Assembly (NCBI GenBank): GCA_963737635.1
Contig: CAVTTL010000001.1
Location: forward strand, 960,001-1,024,000
DNA length: 64,000 nucleotides
Reading direction: 5' to 3'
From: an uncultured Methanoregulaceae archaeon
GTDB lineage: Archaea; Halobacteriota; Methanomicrobia; Methanomicrobiales; Methanospirillaceae
The notes below the pieces were generated by a model. The model had not been told where the DNA came from and did not search any database. It saw nothing but the letters and a program-made list of their open reading frames with translations. Below, piece after piece: positions 53,256 through 64,000 of this stretch (position 1 is the stretch's first letter; every line of letters starts with the position of its first letter). The translations under genes and the position numbers were made by a program.

Positions 53256-54503
53256 TTACCCCAATTTTTCAAGGAGTTTAATTCCTCGGCGATCCCGTAA
53301 TGCCAACCCTTGTTCAACGAGTTCGTTAAGGGCATGCTTAAAATCAACATCGTTCTTGAGTGAAGTAATCGTAATAACCTCCTGCGTCGGAATCCAATAC
53401 TCTTTTCCATATGCTTCATAGAGTTCTGTGTAGAGTTTTTTCGCATTATCAGAAAGCCGGTCGTAATATTTTGAAACCAACAAAGAATCCCCCATTCTGT
53501 ATTTTGCTTTTCGGTGCATTTCTCTCCACAAATCCAATACTTCATTGACGTGTTTTACTGTGGTTTCAAGCGCTAGATTAAGACGGGTTATTGCTGCCGA
53601 AAGAGTCGGAATTGCATCTCCAAGATTTTGCCTATAGGGTACAATGCCGGATCTCCGGTACTCATCAGAAATCGCATAAACTGCATCTGTCACTGCTTTT
53701 TCCACACTTTTTAATGGATCAGGTTTGAGCATAAGGGAATCAAGAAGATAAGCTGTGGCGAATTTTTGATTGTCTTTAAGATCCTGTTTCAGGATTCCTA
53801 CATTTCCTTTGATTGATACGTCATCAAGAACGATTGGGATATCCGCCATCATTTTTTCCGGGCGTAAGTACGCAAGATTTACTTCCTCACTCTGAAGCGG
53901 GGGGAGGATTTTCTCTTTTTCAGAAAGACAATAGTAATGTTTTGAAGTTTGTCGGAAAAACTCCAGGGGAATTATTTTCATCGTTTTTTTGAAGTTGTCC
54001 CACATACTTTTTTTGGAAAGAACTGCCGCATTCACACCCCCAAAAGTATCTGAAATTGGTGGAGATGAAAAAGTATACAATGCAGAACATGTAGCGATCC
54101 TTTCGGTAATATCATCTTTTCCTCGGTATGTTTGAGCGAAATAATTTATAATTTGGTCCCGGTCGATCAATTTTTTTCTTCTGAGGATCGGTTGATAATC
54201 AAAGGGTTTCCATCCTGAAACCCTCTTTAAAACATTTTTGTACCAACCATCCCAATTTTGTTGATATACAACATCTTCCGAACTGACTTCAACTTCAACG
54301 CACACATTATTGGACGGGGGGTCGCAGGCTTCAGCGAAATAATGCAAGTGTTTTGAAGCCTTGAAACATGGGGAAGGATTAAGTGAGAATAATCTGCCAT
54401 CACCGGAAATATATTCAACAAATCCGGTATTAGGTCTATGAAAAATGAATTCCTTCTCGAATTCTGCAAATTCATATCCTCTTGACCGATCTTGTAAGGA
54501 CAT
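53256..54503 (-). CDS. Hypothetical protein, possibly a degenerate MCM-like AAA+ protein with C-terminal wHTH
   Basis: AT-rich 415-aa ORF; lid-like SAAITRLNLALETTVKHVNEVLDLW; terminal wHTH-like FKHALNELVEQG. Confidence 0.55.
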   Translation of the reverse strand: MSLQDRSRGYEFAEFEKEFIFHRPNTGFVEYISGDGRLFSLNPSPCFKASKHLHYFAEACDPPSNNVCVEVEVSSEDVVYQQNWDGWYKNVLKRVSGWKPFDYQPILRRKKLIDRDQIINYFAQTYRGKDDITERIATCSALYTFSSPPISDTFGGVNAAVLSKKSMWDNFKKTMKIIPLEFFRQTSKHYYCLSEKEKILPPLQSEEVNLAYLRPEKMMADIPIVLDDVSIKGNVGILKQDLKDNQKFATAYLLDSLMLKPDPLKSVEKAVTDAVYAISDEYRRSGIVPYRQNLGDAIPTLSAAITRLNLALETTVKHVNEVLDLWREMHRKAKYRMGDSLLVSKYYDRLSDNAKKLYTELYEAYGKEYWIPTQEVITITSLKNDVDFKHALNELVEQGLALRDRRGIKLLEKLG

Positions 54504-55054
54504 TCGAACCGAATTCTCCTGATATTTCGCTCCTATGCTTGCTCCTAGCTCATGAATGTCATAATCTTTATCATAAGAGTTTTGAAATTACTTTTTAAAA
54601 AAGGGATTTTGTACCAATTAGGAGGATCCAGTATGTCTACAATATCCACATATTAGAAAATCATGGGACTTCAATGTGAATCCTGTGGAAAAACATCCGA
54701 AGAGGAAGAGGCCGTTTTTTGCAAATATCGTGGATTCAGATATGAGAGATCCGAACTTGGGCTCTGTAGAAATCATTTTTCCGAGGAAAGATCTGACCTG
54801 ATGGACCAAAAGATCTAAGGTACAGTGCCTCCTTATTTTGTTATGTTCAGTAACCGTAAGGAGGCAGAATAGTGTCAGCAAACCGGTATATCAGGTTTGT
54901 TGAATTATCATCCGGATTGATCCTCTACAACATCTCGAAAATTATTCTCGCGATCTTATCTAGATCTGTTACTGAGGAATTCTACAGAGCCCGAACTTGA
55001 TGTGTTAAAAACATTCATAATTTCCTGAAAGAGAACCAGAAAAAAACAGAAAAA

Positions 55055-55447
55055 TTACTCCACCGGCACAAACTTCGTGCCGTAGTGGATGATGCCGCTC
55101 TCGCCATCGGTGGCGATCTTGCGGAAAACACTCTTCACTTTCATTCCGATCTTCGCCTTCTCGGGATTGCATACGATCTGCGTCGTGATCTGCGGCCCCT
55201 CATCGAGCTTGACGATCGCGAGCACATATGGTGTCAGCATCGAGTACTGCTCGGCTGCCGTGTGGATCACGGTGAACGTGACGACCGTGCCGGAACCTGA
55301 GAACTTGTGATCGACAATTTTTCCTGCCCGGCGGCAATCGGGGCAGAAGGTCCGGGGCGGGAAGAAGTGCCTGCCGCATGTCTCGCATTTTGTTCCCACC
55401 ATGTTGTACCGTTGGGGAAGATGTCTCCAGAACCGTGCTACCGTCAT
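55055..55447 (-). CDS. DUF35 Zn-ribbon/OB-fold scaffold of the thiolase-HMGS complex
   Basis: CETCG...FPPR..CPDC, GIIHYGTKF. Confidence 0.93.
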   Translation of the reverse strand: MTVARFWRHLPQRYNMVGTKCETCGRHFFPPRTFCPDCRRAGKIVDHKFSGSGTVVTFTVIHTAAEQYSMLTPYVLAIVKLDEGPQITTQIVCNPEKAKIGMKVKSVFRKIATDGESGIIHYGTKFVPVE

Positions 55448-55448
55448 C

Positions 55449-56615
55449 TTATACCCTCCCGAGGATGTGAACCGCAACCGTCGCGCCGGTCCCGCCCACG
55501 TTGTGCGTCATGCCGATCTTTGCACATTCGATCTGGCGCCTGCCAGCCTCGCCGCGGAGCTGCTGGACGATCTCGTACACCTGCTTGATGCCGGTTGCTC
55601 CGACCGGATGGCCGCAGGCCTTGAGCCCACCGCTCGTGTTAACGGGGATCTTCCCGCCAAGAGTGGTTTCGCCGTCTGCGGTGAACTTGCCGGCCTCGCC
55701 TTTCTTGCAGAAGCCGAGATCCTCGATGGCGCAGATCTCCGCGATCGAGAAGCAGTCGTGCACTTCGACCATGTTGATGTCCTTATGCGAAAGGTGCGCC
55801 ATCTTGAACGCACGCTGGCTGGCGGCAACCGTAGCATCGAGCGTCGAGATATCGCGCCGGTCATGCAGCGCGATCGTGTCGCTCGCCTGCGCACTTGCAA
55901 GCACCTTAATGGGTGTATCCGTGAACTCGCGGGCCCGGTCGAACGGCGCCACGATCACCGCGGCTGCCCCGTCGGTCACGGGCGAGCAGTCAAAGAGCCG
56001 CAGCGGCTCTGCGACCATTGTCGATTTCATTACGGTGTCAAGCGTAATCTCGCTCTGGAACTGTGCGATGGGGTTCCGGGCACCGTTGAAGTGGTTCTTT
56101 ACCGCAACCTGCGCCAGCTGCTCGCGGGTCAGCGAGTACTTGTGCATGTAGTCGTTTGCGATCATAGCGTACAGGCCCGGGAACGTTGCACCCATGAAGC
56201 CTTCCCACTCACGGTCGGCCGCGCCGGTCAGCGTATCGGTACTCTCGTCTGATCCAACATCGGTCATCTTCTCGACGCCGGCTGCGACCACGATGTCCTC
56301 CATCCCGCTTGCGACCGCGATAACTGCCTGCCGGAACGCAAGTCCTCCCGATGCGCATGCCGCCTCGACACGGGTCGAGGGGATGTGCCGGGTCGCCATG
56401 CCGGCGTAGTCAGCGATCAGGGCACCGATGTGCTCCTGCCCGATGAACCGGCCTGCACTCATGTTCCCGACGTACATCGCGTCGATCTTCTCGCCCGAGA
56501 GCTGTGCGTCCTCGAGCGCAAGCGCCCCTGCCTCGACAAAGATGTCACGGAACGAGCTCTCCCACTTCTCGCCGAACTTCGTGCACCCGATCCCGATAAC
56601 TGCTACGTCTCTCAT
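55449..56615 (-). CDS. Archaeal acetoacetyl-CoA thiolase
   Basis: [42 protein letters not shown]. Confidence 0.95.
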   Translation of the reverse strand: MRDVAVIGIGCTKFGEKWESSFRDIFVEAGALALEDAQLSGEKIDAMYVGNMSAGRFIGQEHIGALIADYAGMATRHIPSTRVEAACASGGLAFRQAVIAVASGMEDIVVAAGVEKMTDVGSDESTDTLTGAADREWEGFMGATFPGLYAMIANDYMHKYSLTREQLAQVAVKNHFNGARNPIAQFQSEITLDTVMKSTMVAEPLRLFDCSPVTDGAAAVIVAPFDRAREFTDTPIKVLASAQASDTIALHDRRDISTLDATVAASQRAFKMAHLSHKDINMVEVHDCFSIAEICAIEDLGFCKKGEAGKFTADGETTLGGKIPVNTSGGLKACGHPVGATGIKQVYEIVQQLRGEAGRRQIECAKIGMTHNVGGTGATVAVHILGRV

Positions 56616-57664
56616 GATTGCATCACGATCTTTCCCTTGTGTTTTGCGTACCGCGCATAGTCCAGGTAGATGGGGTCTTTGAGGAGTTGTTGCACCGAGG
56701 GTGCCGCATCGCGGCGGAAATCGCCAGAAGTGATCGCGTCAGTGACGGTAATGTCAAACGCGTCGCTGCCGGCACCGGAGCCGAAAGAGCACACGAAGAT
56801 CCGGTCGCCCGGCTTTGCAATGTCCAGTGTTGCTGCAAGACCGATAGGAGATGCGCCCGAGTATGTGTTCCCGAGCCGGGGAACAACAAGACCGGGAGTG
56901 ATCTGCTGGGTGGAAAAACCAAGATCCTTTGCCACCTTCTGCGGGAACTTCGCGTTGGGTTGGTGGAAGACCGCATAGGTGTAGTCCTTTGCGGTTGTGT
57001 GCATCTGCTCAAGGAGCAGCCGGCTTGCACCCTTCACGTGCTTGAAGTACCCGGGGTCTCCCGTGAACCTGCCGCCGTGGCGGGGGTAATCCTGCCCCTC
57101 ACGTCGCCAGAAATCCGGTGTGTCTGTGGTAAACGAGCAGGTATGGTTGATCACTGCGATAGGGTCATCGTTTCCGATCACGTACGCCGCACCGCCGGCT
57201 GCTGCCGTGTATTCGAGGGCATCGCTGGGCGCACCTTGCGAGACATCGGCACCAATGGCAAGCCCGTACGGGATCATGTTGCTTTTTACCATACCCATGC
57301 ATGTCTGGATCGCAGCCGTTCCCGCTTTGCAGGCAAACTCGTAGTCGGCCGCAGTCATGTACGGGGTTGCGCCTATCGCTTCCCCGACCGTGCAGGCAGT
57401 CGGCTTGACCGCGTACGGGTGCGACTCGCTGCCCACGTACACGGCGCCGATCTTTTCGGAATCGACGATCCTGCGTCTCAGGGCGTTTCGTGCTGCTTCA
57501 ACCGCAATTGTTGCGGTGTCCTCATCAAGATCAGGGACAGACTTTTCAAACACGCCTAGTCCTCCCGTGATATCTGCAGCGTTTGCGCCCCAGACACGGG
57601 TGATCTCTTCAACTTTGATCCGGTATTTCGGTATATATGCACCGTAAGTAATGATGCCTACCAT
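56612..57664 (-). CDS. hmgB: HMG-CoA synthase, archaeal
   Basis: [39 protein letters not shown]. Confidence 0.93.
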   Translation of the reverse strand: MVGIITYGAYIPKYRIKVEEITRVWGANAADITGGLGVFEKSVPDLDEDTATIAVEAARNALRRRIVDSEKIGAVYVGSESHPYAVKPTACTVGEAIGATPYMTAADYEFACKAGTAAIQTCMGMVKSNMIPYGLAIGADVSQGAPSDALEYTAAAGGAAYVIGNDDPIAVINHTCSFTTDTPDFWRREGQDYPRHGGRFTGDPGYFKHVKGASRLLLEQMHTTAKDYTYAVFHQPNAKFPQKVAKDLGFSTQQITPGLVVPRLGNTYSGASPIGLAATLDIAKPGDRIFVCSFGSGAGSDAFDITVTDAITSGDFRRDAAPSVQQLLKDPIYLDYARYAKHKGKIVMQS

Positions 57665-58369
57665 TCTTTCTCCCTCAGTGTACTCACGATCTTGTCTATT
57701 TCCATCTCTGTACAGAACACCGTGATGTGGTCCCGTTCCGCCATCTTTGCGACAAACGGGTGGACGTTCTCCGCGTCGATCCCCTGTAGGATAACGCACC
57801 GCGGCTTAAACGGTGTGACCCGGATTGCCACCATTGGCGACTTGCCGGTCGAAACGCTGGTGAAGATGAGCGCCCGTTCGGTACTCCAGCCGTAAATGCG
57901 GTTGAACTCCTCAGGCAGAGAGCTGGAGGATCGCATTGAGGCTGTCGACCACCGTATAGCCGAAAATGGTCTTGTCCGTGGGCCCGCACAGCAGGGTGCA
58001 CCCGATAGTCCCGATAAATTCACTGAGAGCGACCGCGTTCGTGTACTCGTGGATATCGAGGATCACATCATCATCGACGCCTGAAAAGAGCATGGAGGAA
58101 AATTTGTGAATGTGTTTGCCGTCGCTCTCCTCATCGATAGAAAGGAGGGTGTCGACGATCTTGCCGACCACGGCAGTTCCGGGGCTTTTTCTTCTTCCGC
58201 TCTCGTAATCGCTGATCACGGAGGGGGAGACGCCCAGACGGTCTGAGAGAACGCCTGGCGCGATCTCGAAGTTCTGGCGCCATTTTCTCAGCGCAAGCCC
58301 CGGTGAGTCCGACAGCGTAATCTCGCCCGCCATCTTCTCAGCAAGCTGGTTGCGCAATACGGATTTCAT
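57658..58369 (-). CDS. XRE/HTH transcriptional regulator (COG1709-like) heading the mevalonate operon (frameshift near 57914)
   Basis: [45 protein letters not shown]. Confidence 0.88.
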
Positions 58370-58403
58370 GCTCAGTGAAGTTGACCCTGACAGTTAAATA
58401 ATT

Positions 58404-58429
58404 AACGAACGTTCGTTCGACAACGAACG
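58404..58429. promoter_or_regulatory. Palindromic operator-like element in the divergent HTH/ribK promoter
   Basis: Perfect palindrome AACGAACGTTCGTT (58404-58417) overlapping CGTTCGTT-N4-AACGAACG (58410-58429). Confidence 0.6.
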
Positions 58430-58502
58430 AAACATAGTGATATCCGACGACCGATGGAATGAAGGCAATCCATAAATAGTAAGCATCTCAATTTTGATAA
58501 AC

Positions 58503-59172
58503 ATGGTGCTGGCCGAAGACCTCGAATGCCTCAAGGTGATCGCCCTGATGGGCGGATGCCGTGGGCCGGTTTTTGTCTCGTCGCAGACGCTCGCGGACGC
58601 CCTTTTCGCAAGCCCGCAGACGGCGTCACGTCGGCTCAAAGCGCTCGAAAGCCAGCGGCTGATCACCCGGACCCTGAACCCGGATGGCCAGCATATCACT
58701 GTTACTAAAGAAGGCGAGGACGAGCTCAGGCGCGAGTACGCGGAGTACTGCCGCCTTTTTGCCCACGAGGGAGGTCATTATACCCTGTCGGGTGTGGTGG
58801 TCAGCGGGCTTGGCGAGGGCCGGTATTACATGAGCCTTGAAGGCGTACAAGAAGCAGTTCCTCCGGCATCTTGGTTTTGAACCGTATCCCGGGACGCTTA
58901 ACCTCCGCCTCGCTGGATCAGATATCCCGACCCGGAAGAAGATCGAAGCAATGACCTGGATACCCATCCAGGGTTTCTCCGCCGAGGGCCGGACGTTTGG
59001 CGGGGTCCGGTGCCTGCCCTGCCGGATCAATGATATTGCCTGTGGGATCGTTGTACCCGGACGGAGCCATTATCCTGAGGATATCATCGAAGTTATCGCG
59101 CCGGTCGGGCTCCGTGATGCTCTGGGTGTAAAAGAGAGTGACCGGGTGAATGTTGAGGTGGCATATGATTGA
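58503..59172 (+). CDS. ribK: CTP-dependent riboflavin kinase with N-terminal wHTH (RbkR type; frameshift near 58843)
   Basis: SPQTASRRL wHTH; SGLGEGRYY, PYPGTLN, IEVIAPVGLR. Confidence 0.92.
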
Positions 59173-59842
59173 CGATGCGATTACTGCTCTTCGTGACGGA
59201 AAGTTTATCCTGCTATACGATTTCGATGACCGCGAGGGTGAGACGGATTTTGCGATCAGGTCGGATGCGGTGACCCCCCGCCATATTTTCCAGATGCGAA
59301 AGGATGGCGGTGGGCTAATCTGTACAGCCGTCGATCCGGTTGCTGCTGAAAGGCTCGGCCTGCCATTTGCAAGCGAAGCGCTCCGGGGCATGGAGGTGGC
59401 CGAGCGGCAGGGCGATATTCCGTACGACCGCAAAAACCATTCCTCATTCTCGCTCTGGGTCAACCACAAGAATACGTTCACCGGCATCACGGATCGGGAC
59501 AGGGCGCTCACGATTACCGCGGTTGCCGAGCAGGTGAAAAAGTCGCTGAACGGTGGTGGGGCGCATTTCAGCCAGTTTTTCCGCACCCCGGGCCACTGCG
59601 CCCTTCTGCGCGCGGCCGATAACCTGCTCGACCAGAGACGCGGCCAGACCGAACTCTCGGTGGCAATTGCCCGAATGGCCAGCGTCACACCGTCGATTAC
59701 CATCTGCGAGATGCTGGATGACGAATCCGGATATGCGCTTACTAAGGCCGGTGCAAAGGCCTATGCAAAGATGCATGGACTGGTCTTTGTTGAAGGCCGC
59801 GAAGTGCTGGATCGATGGGAAGCGGAGAAGAACCGGAAATAA
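59165..59842 (+). CDS. ribB: 3,4-dihydroxy-2-butanone-4-phosphate synthase
   Basis: DREGETD, GGLIC, TGITDRDRA, RRGQTE, ICEM. Confidence 0.96.
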   Translation: MIDDAITALRDGKFILLYDFDDREGETDFAIRSDAVTPRHIFQMRKDGGGLICTAVDPVAAERLGLPFASEALRGMEVAERQGDIPYDRKNHSSFSLWVNHKNTFTGITDRDRALTITAVAEQVKKSLNGGGAHFSQFFRTPGHCALLRAADNLLDQRRGQTELSVAIARMASVTPSITICEMLDDESGYALTKAGAKAYAKMHGLVFVEGREVLDRWEAEKNRK

Positions 59843-59967
59843 TCCACAAGGCCACGATTTTTTTACGAATTTCTGACGCCAATACAACACCACAGTCCAG
59901 GAAAACGGGAGGGGTACCTCAATCTAATGGAATAAATTTTTTCGAGAATGTGAAAATATAAAAACGT

Positions 59968-60273
59968 TCAGCCTTTTTCTGGTAAAATGAGATTTTTGCC
60001 TAGGATACGATAAATCACCGGTTCAGCGGTGGGCATATCAGCGGGTTCGTACCAAATTTCGATCACGTTCTCTCCGAGAACCGCACGCATGTTCAGGTTG
60101 GGTTTGCGCACCAACGTGAAGAGCGGTTTTGGGAGAAACCTTAGGAGATTCACGGTTCCAAACGCTGCTAGACAACAGGCAGTTTCCTCGGTAAAGGGCT
60201 CTGAAAGCAGGTACACTTTTTTGATCCTGCCGTCAGCGCAGTGCTTGAGTGCCCGTTCAGCGACAATGGGCAT
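59968..60273 (-). CDS. Small hypothetical protein coupled to the cysteine desulfurase
   Basis: About 101-aa ORF (LKHCADG) whose start overlaps the end of the desulfurase gene. Confidence 0.65.
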   Translation of the reverse strand: MPIVAERALKHCADGRIKKVYLLSEPFTEETACCLAAFGTVNLLRFLPKPLFTLVRKPNLNMRAVLGENVIEIWYEPADMPTAEPVIYRILGKNLILPEKG

Positions 60274-61414
60274 TTTCTGCCACCTCACAGATGTATTCTG
60301 CGGCCCGTATGCAGTCTTCTTGTGGAGTAAGTATGGACGGGCTTATTCGGATACAGCCGCGACCGGCGTCAATTTTTTCATGGATCAAAGGTGCACAGTG
60401 CAGACCGGTCCGGGTGATAATCCCGTACATGTTCCGGAGAATAAATCCCGCGTCCTCGTTCCCGAGGTCTCGCATATTAAAGGATATAACCGGGAGCTCA
60501 GGGACTGTATTGTATACCTCGATAGAATCAGTTTTGCAAAATTTTTGTAAAAATAATGCGTTCAGCGCATTGGTGCTCCGGGTAATGGCCCCAGCCCCGG
60601 TCTGCCCAAGAAATGTTATCCCTGCCATAAGCGAGATGAGACCGGGATAATTGTAGGTTCCGGCCTCAAATTTCTCCGGCATGCTCTCCGGCTGGAATGG
60701 GAACCGGGAATCCGTCCCGGTACCCCCTTGCCGGGTCGCGGCAACTCTTGCGGGGTCGCGGATATAAAAGCCACCTGTACCAGGAAAGCCGAAGAGGTAT
60801 TTATGGCCGGTGAAAACAAATGCGTCGACCGGTTCGCGTGTGATATCGAGAGGAATTAATCCGGCAGTCTGGGCTCCGTCGACAACAAAAAATATTTCCC
60901 GCTCCTGCAGGAGCTTCCCTATCGCGGTAATATCCTGCACCGATCCAAGGACATTTGAACCATGTGTCATGACTACAAGCCGGGTATCCTCCATGACTGC
61001 ATCAGATACTGCGGACGGTGCGATATGCGTTCCCGTGCAGGGAACAACAGTGATGTGGCACCGCCCTTCCGCTTCAAGGGTACGAAGTGGCCGGATCACG
61101 GAATTGTGATCCAGCTCCGTCATTATCACATGGAATGGATCGGCCTGCCTCTTTGCGAATCCCTGAATCAGCATATTGAGGGCGTCTGTCGCATTCGCGC
61201 AGAATACCAGAGAATCCGTTTCTGGCGCATGAAAATACCGGGCCACTGTCGTCCGTGCTTCGGAGACGCAGTCCGAAGAAAGTCTGCCTGCGGAACGACC
61301 CGCTTCTGAAAACGGCTGGGTTAGCGCTTCGTTCACCGCAGCGGGGACACCTGGCGGTTTCGGCCAGCTCGTCGCCGCGTTGTTAAGGTAAATGAGTGGA
61401 AGATCTTCGTTCAT
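60257..61414 (-). CDS. Cysteine desulfurase-family PLP enzyme (aminotransferase class V)
   Basis: YLNNAATS, HNSV, VDGAQ, FTGHK (PLP Lys), EAGT, RTGLHCAP. Confidence 0.9.
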   Translation of the reverse strand: MNEDLPLIYLNNAATSWPKPPGVPAAVNEALTQPFSEAGRSAGRLSSDCVSEARTTVARYFHAPETDSLVFCANATDALNMLIQGFAKRQADPFHVIMTELDHNSVIRPLRTLEAEGRCHITVVPCTGTHIAPSAVSDAVMEDTRLVVMTHGSNVLGSVQDITAIGKLLQEREIFFVVDGAQTAGLIPLDITREPVDAFVFTGHKYLFGFPGTGGFYIRDPARVAATRQGGTGTDSRFPFQPESMPEKFEAGTYNYPGLISLMAGITFLGQTGAGAITRSTNALNALFLQKFCKTDSIEVYNTVPELPVISFNMRDLGNEDAGFILRNMYGIITRTGLHCAPLIHEKIDAGRGCIRISPSILTPQEDCIRAAEYICEVAENAHCR

Positions 61415-61462
61415 GCTGACTGTAAGTAATAATCTTATAAAGTATTTCTCCGGCAGCAAGAT

Positions 61463-61476
61463 AGAAGGAATGTTCC
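61463..61476. promoter_or_regulatory. NrpR-like nitrogen operator (AGAA-N6-TTCC)
   Basis: One mismatch to GGAA-N6-TTCC, next to the AT-rich TATA-like stretch at about 61483-61500 in the nif divergent promoter. Confidence 0.5.
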
Positions 61477-61762
61477 TACTATCAAATATAAATATTTGTA
61501 ATAACAACAGTGATCTGAAGAAAGGAGGAATGATGCAAAAGACACTGGATACTTCGGAGGCCTCCCCGGCACACCGGGAGTCGCCTGCCATGCGGCGGCT
61601 GTGGGCCGTATCGCGTAAACTGACGCTGCCTATCTAATCTTGGGCGGAATGACGAAGGGCTTGTGCGCATGATACGGGGCCGCAGAAGCGCGTGTTTTGC
61701 ACCCCATCACCGGCGTATGAAGTTGGCAGTCCCGAACCAAGAGGTGGATACGGTAGTGGTAA

Positions 61763-62758
<996 letters not shown>

Positions 62759-62808
62759 CGTGCGGTAAACTGCATTTCGGATTGACAAAAAAAGGCGGAC
62801 GTGAGGTA

Positions 62809-63135
62809 ATGTTACTGATACGTGCAATTGTGCGACCGGAGAAGAAAGATGACGTGCTTGAGGAACTTTCTTCTGCTGGATTTAATGCAGCAACGATGGT
62901 TGATGTCGTGGGCCGCGGCAAACAGAAAGGGATTAAAATCGGTGGCTTGGTCTACGATGAGATCCCGAAGATCCTGATCCTTGTGGCTATCCAGGACGCG
63001 GACAAGGACCAGGTCATCAAAACCATTCTCAAGACTGCAAAGACTGGCAGTGAAGGGACGTTTGGCGATGGAAAGATCTTCGTTTCCCCCATCGAAGAAG
63101 TCTACACCATCTCGAAAAGTATCCAAGAGCTTTAG
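62809..63135 (+). CDS. nifI1: P-II family nitrogenase regulator NifI1
   Basis: AIVRPEK, VVGRGKQKG, GDGKIFV; located between nifH and nifD. Confidence 0.92.
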   Translation: MLLIRAIVRPEKKDDVLEELSSAGFNAATMVDVVGRGKQKGIKIGGLVYDEIPKILILVAIQDADKDQVIKTILKTAKTGSEGTFGDGKIFVSPIEEVYTISKSIQEL

Positions 63136-63146
63136 GTGGGACTGCT

Positions 63147-63566
63147 ATGAAAGAGATTATGGCAGTAATCCGGATGAGGAGAACCGGCGCCACGAAAAAA
63201 GCGCTTATTGAGGCTGGTGTAGCCGGGTTTACGGCAGTAAAAGTATCCGGCAGAGGCAGGCTCGTCACCGATCCAGCGCAGATAGAGGAGTGCAAAATGA
63301 AACTCCTGTCGATGGGCGTCAATGATTTTGGCGGGGCGGAGGATACCGAAAAACTGGTAACGAGTTTCCTCGATGGTTCGAGGTTTTTTCCCCGCAGGCT
63401 TTTCACGATCCTTGCGCATGATGAGGATGTGCCCCGGATTATGGACGCAATAACACGTGCGAACAAAACCGAGTACGGCATCGGTGATGGCGTCATCTTC
63501 GTTATGCCTATCCTTGATGCAGTTCGTGTTCGCACCGGTGAATCGGGTGAGGCAGCGATTTGGTGA
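63147..63566 (+). CDS. nifI2: P-II family nitrogenase regulator NifI2
   Basis: MKEIMAVIR, GRG, GDGVIFVMP, VRVRTGE. Confidence 0.92.
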   Translation: MKEIMAVIRMRRTGATKKALIEAGVAGFTAVKVSGRGRLVTDPAQIEECKMKLLSMGVNDFGGAEDTEKLVTSFLDGSRFFPRRLFTILAHDEDVPRIMDAITRANKTEYGIGDGVIFVMPILDAVRVRTGESGEAAIW

Positions 63567-63579
63567 GGAGACATCAGAT

Positions 63580-64000
63580 ATGGCAGACACTGAAGGTACA
63601 ATCGAAGAAATGATGATGCCGTACCCGGACACGGTAAAGAAAAACCGGAAGAAGCACCTCATTATCAAGGATGAGGAGGCTGCGTGTTGTCCCCAGATCG
63701 AAGCGAACACAAGAACCATTCCCGGCATCATATCACAACGCGGTTGTGCGTACGCTGGTTGCAAAGGTGTGGTTGTCGGGCCGATCAAAGACATGGTAAC
63801 TATCACCCACGGACCGGTCGGCTGCGGGTATTACAGCTGGGGCACACGCCGGAACAAGGCACGGGCTGACGACACAACCCCCAAGGACAAAATATACAGC
63901 CAGCTATGCTTCACCACCGACATGCAGGAGCCGGATATCGTCTTTGGCGGCGAAAAGAAACTTGCACGGATGATAGATGAGGTTGTCGCTGCATTCCACC
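63580..64000 (+). CDS. nifD: Nitrogenase MoFe protein alpha chain (partial, runs off the right edge)
   Basis: Manual translation: PGIISQRGCAYAGCKGVV, HGPVGCGYYSWGTRRN, FTTDMQEPDIVFGGEKKL. Confidence 0.93.
   Translation, partial: MADTEGTIEEMMMPYPDTVKKNRKKHLIIKDEEAACCPQIEANTRTIPGIISQRGCAYAGCKGVVVGPIKDMVTITHGPVGCGYYSWGTRRNKARADDTTPKDKIYSQLCFTTDMQEPDIVFGGEKKLARMIDEVVAAFH

Noticed and set aside
3528-59172. About a dozen frameshifts (purF, the 12.3-kb gene, HD protein twice, the 25.9-kb lipoprotein, ubiD, hisG, hmgA, lon about three times, the HTH regulator, ribK) as pseudogenes or programmed frameshifts
   Set aside because: They are isolated single-base indels in otherwise intact, often essential genes, with no shared slippery motif and no accumulation of stop codons. 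This is typical of unpolished long-read assembly error; read re-mapping would settle it.

Overview
Archaeal DNA from a methanogen, most consistent with Methanomicrobiales (Methanoregula-like). The evidence is PolD DP2, L37e, LSm, SepF, CofD, archaeal AspRS, archaeal mevalonate genes and a methanogen-type nifH-nifI1-nifI2-nifD order. Most of the window is housekeeping and includes two tRNAs (initiator Met, Leu-CAA). About a dozen single-base frameshifts in conserved genes are best read as assembly indel errors. The standout feature is an intact 3675-bp cargo-carrying transposon at 18781-22455. It has perfect 14-bp terminal inverted repeats, a 9-bp target-site duplication (GGATGCCCG) and arrays of TGCACGTAA boxes at both ends. 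It encodes a SWIM-zinc-finger-fused DDE transposase, an unannotated 49-aa C4 zinc-finger microprotein, and an AT-rich two-gene cargo operon: a winged-HTH protein and a 468-aa protein with TGT/Beta-like TIM-barrel hallmarks (a candidate nucleic-acid modification or defence module; inference only). Other notable items: a five-gene type-IV-pilin-like operon facing a 1096-aa Ig/vWA adhesin with a PKD domain nested inside the vWA domain, a degenerate MCM-like protein, a Gln-terminated mini-intein in DP2, bacterial-type ruvCAB and marR-lonA, and several candidate operators.
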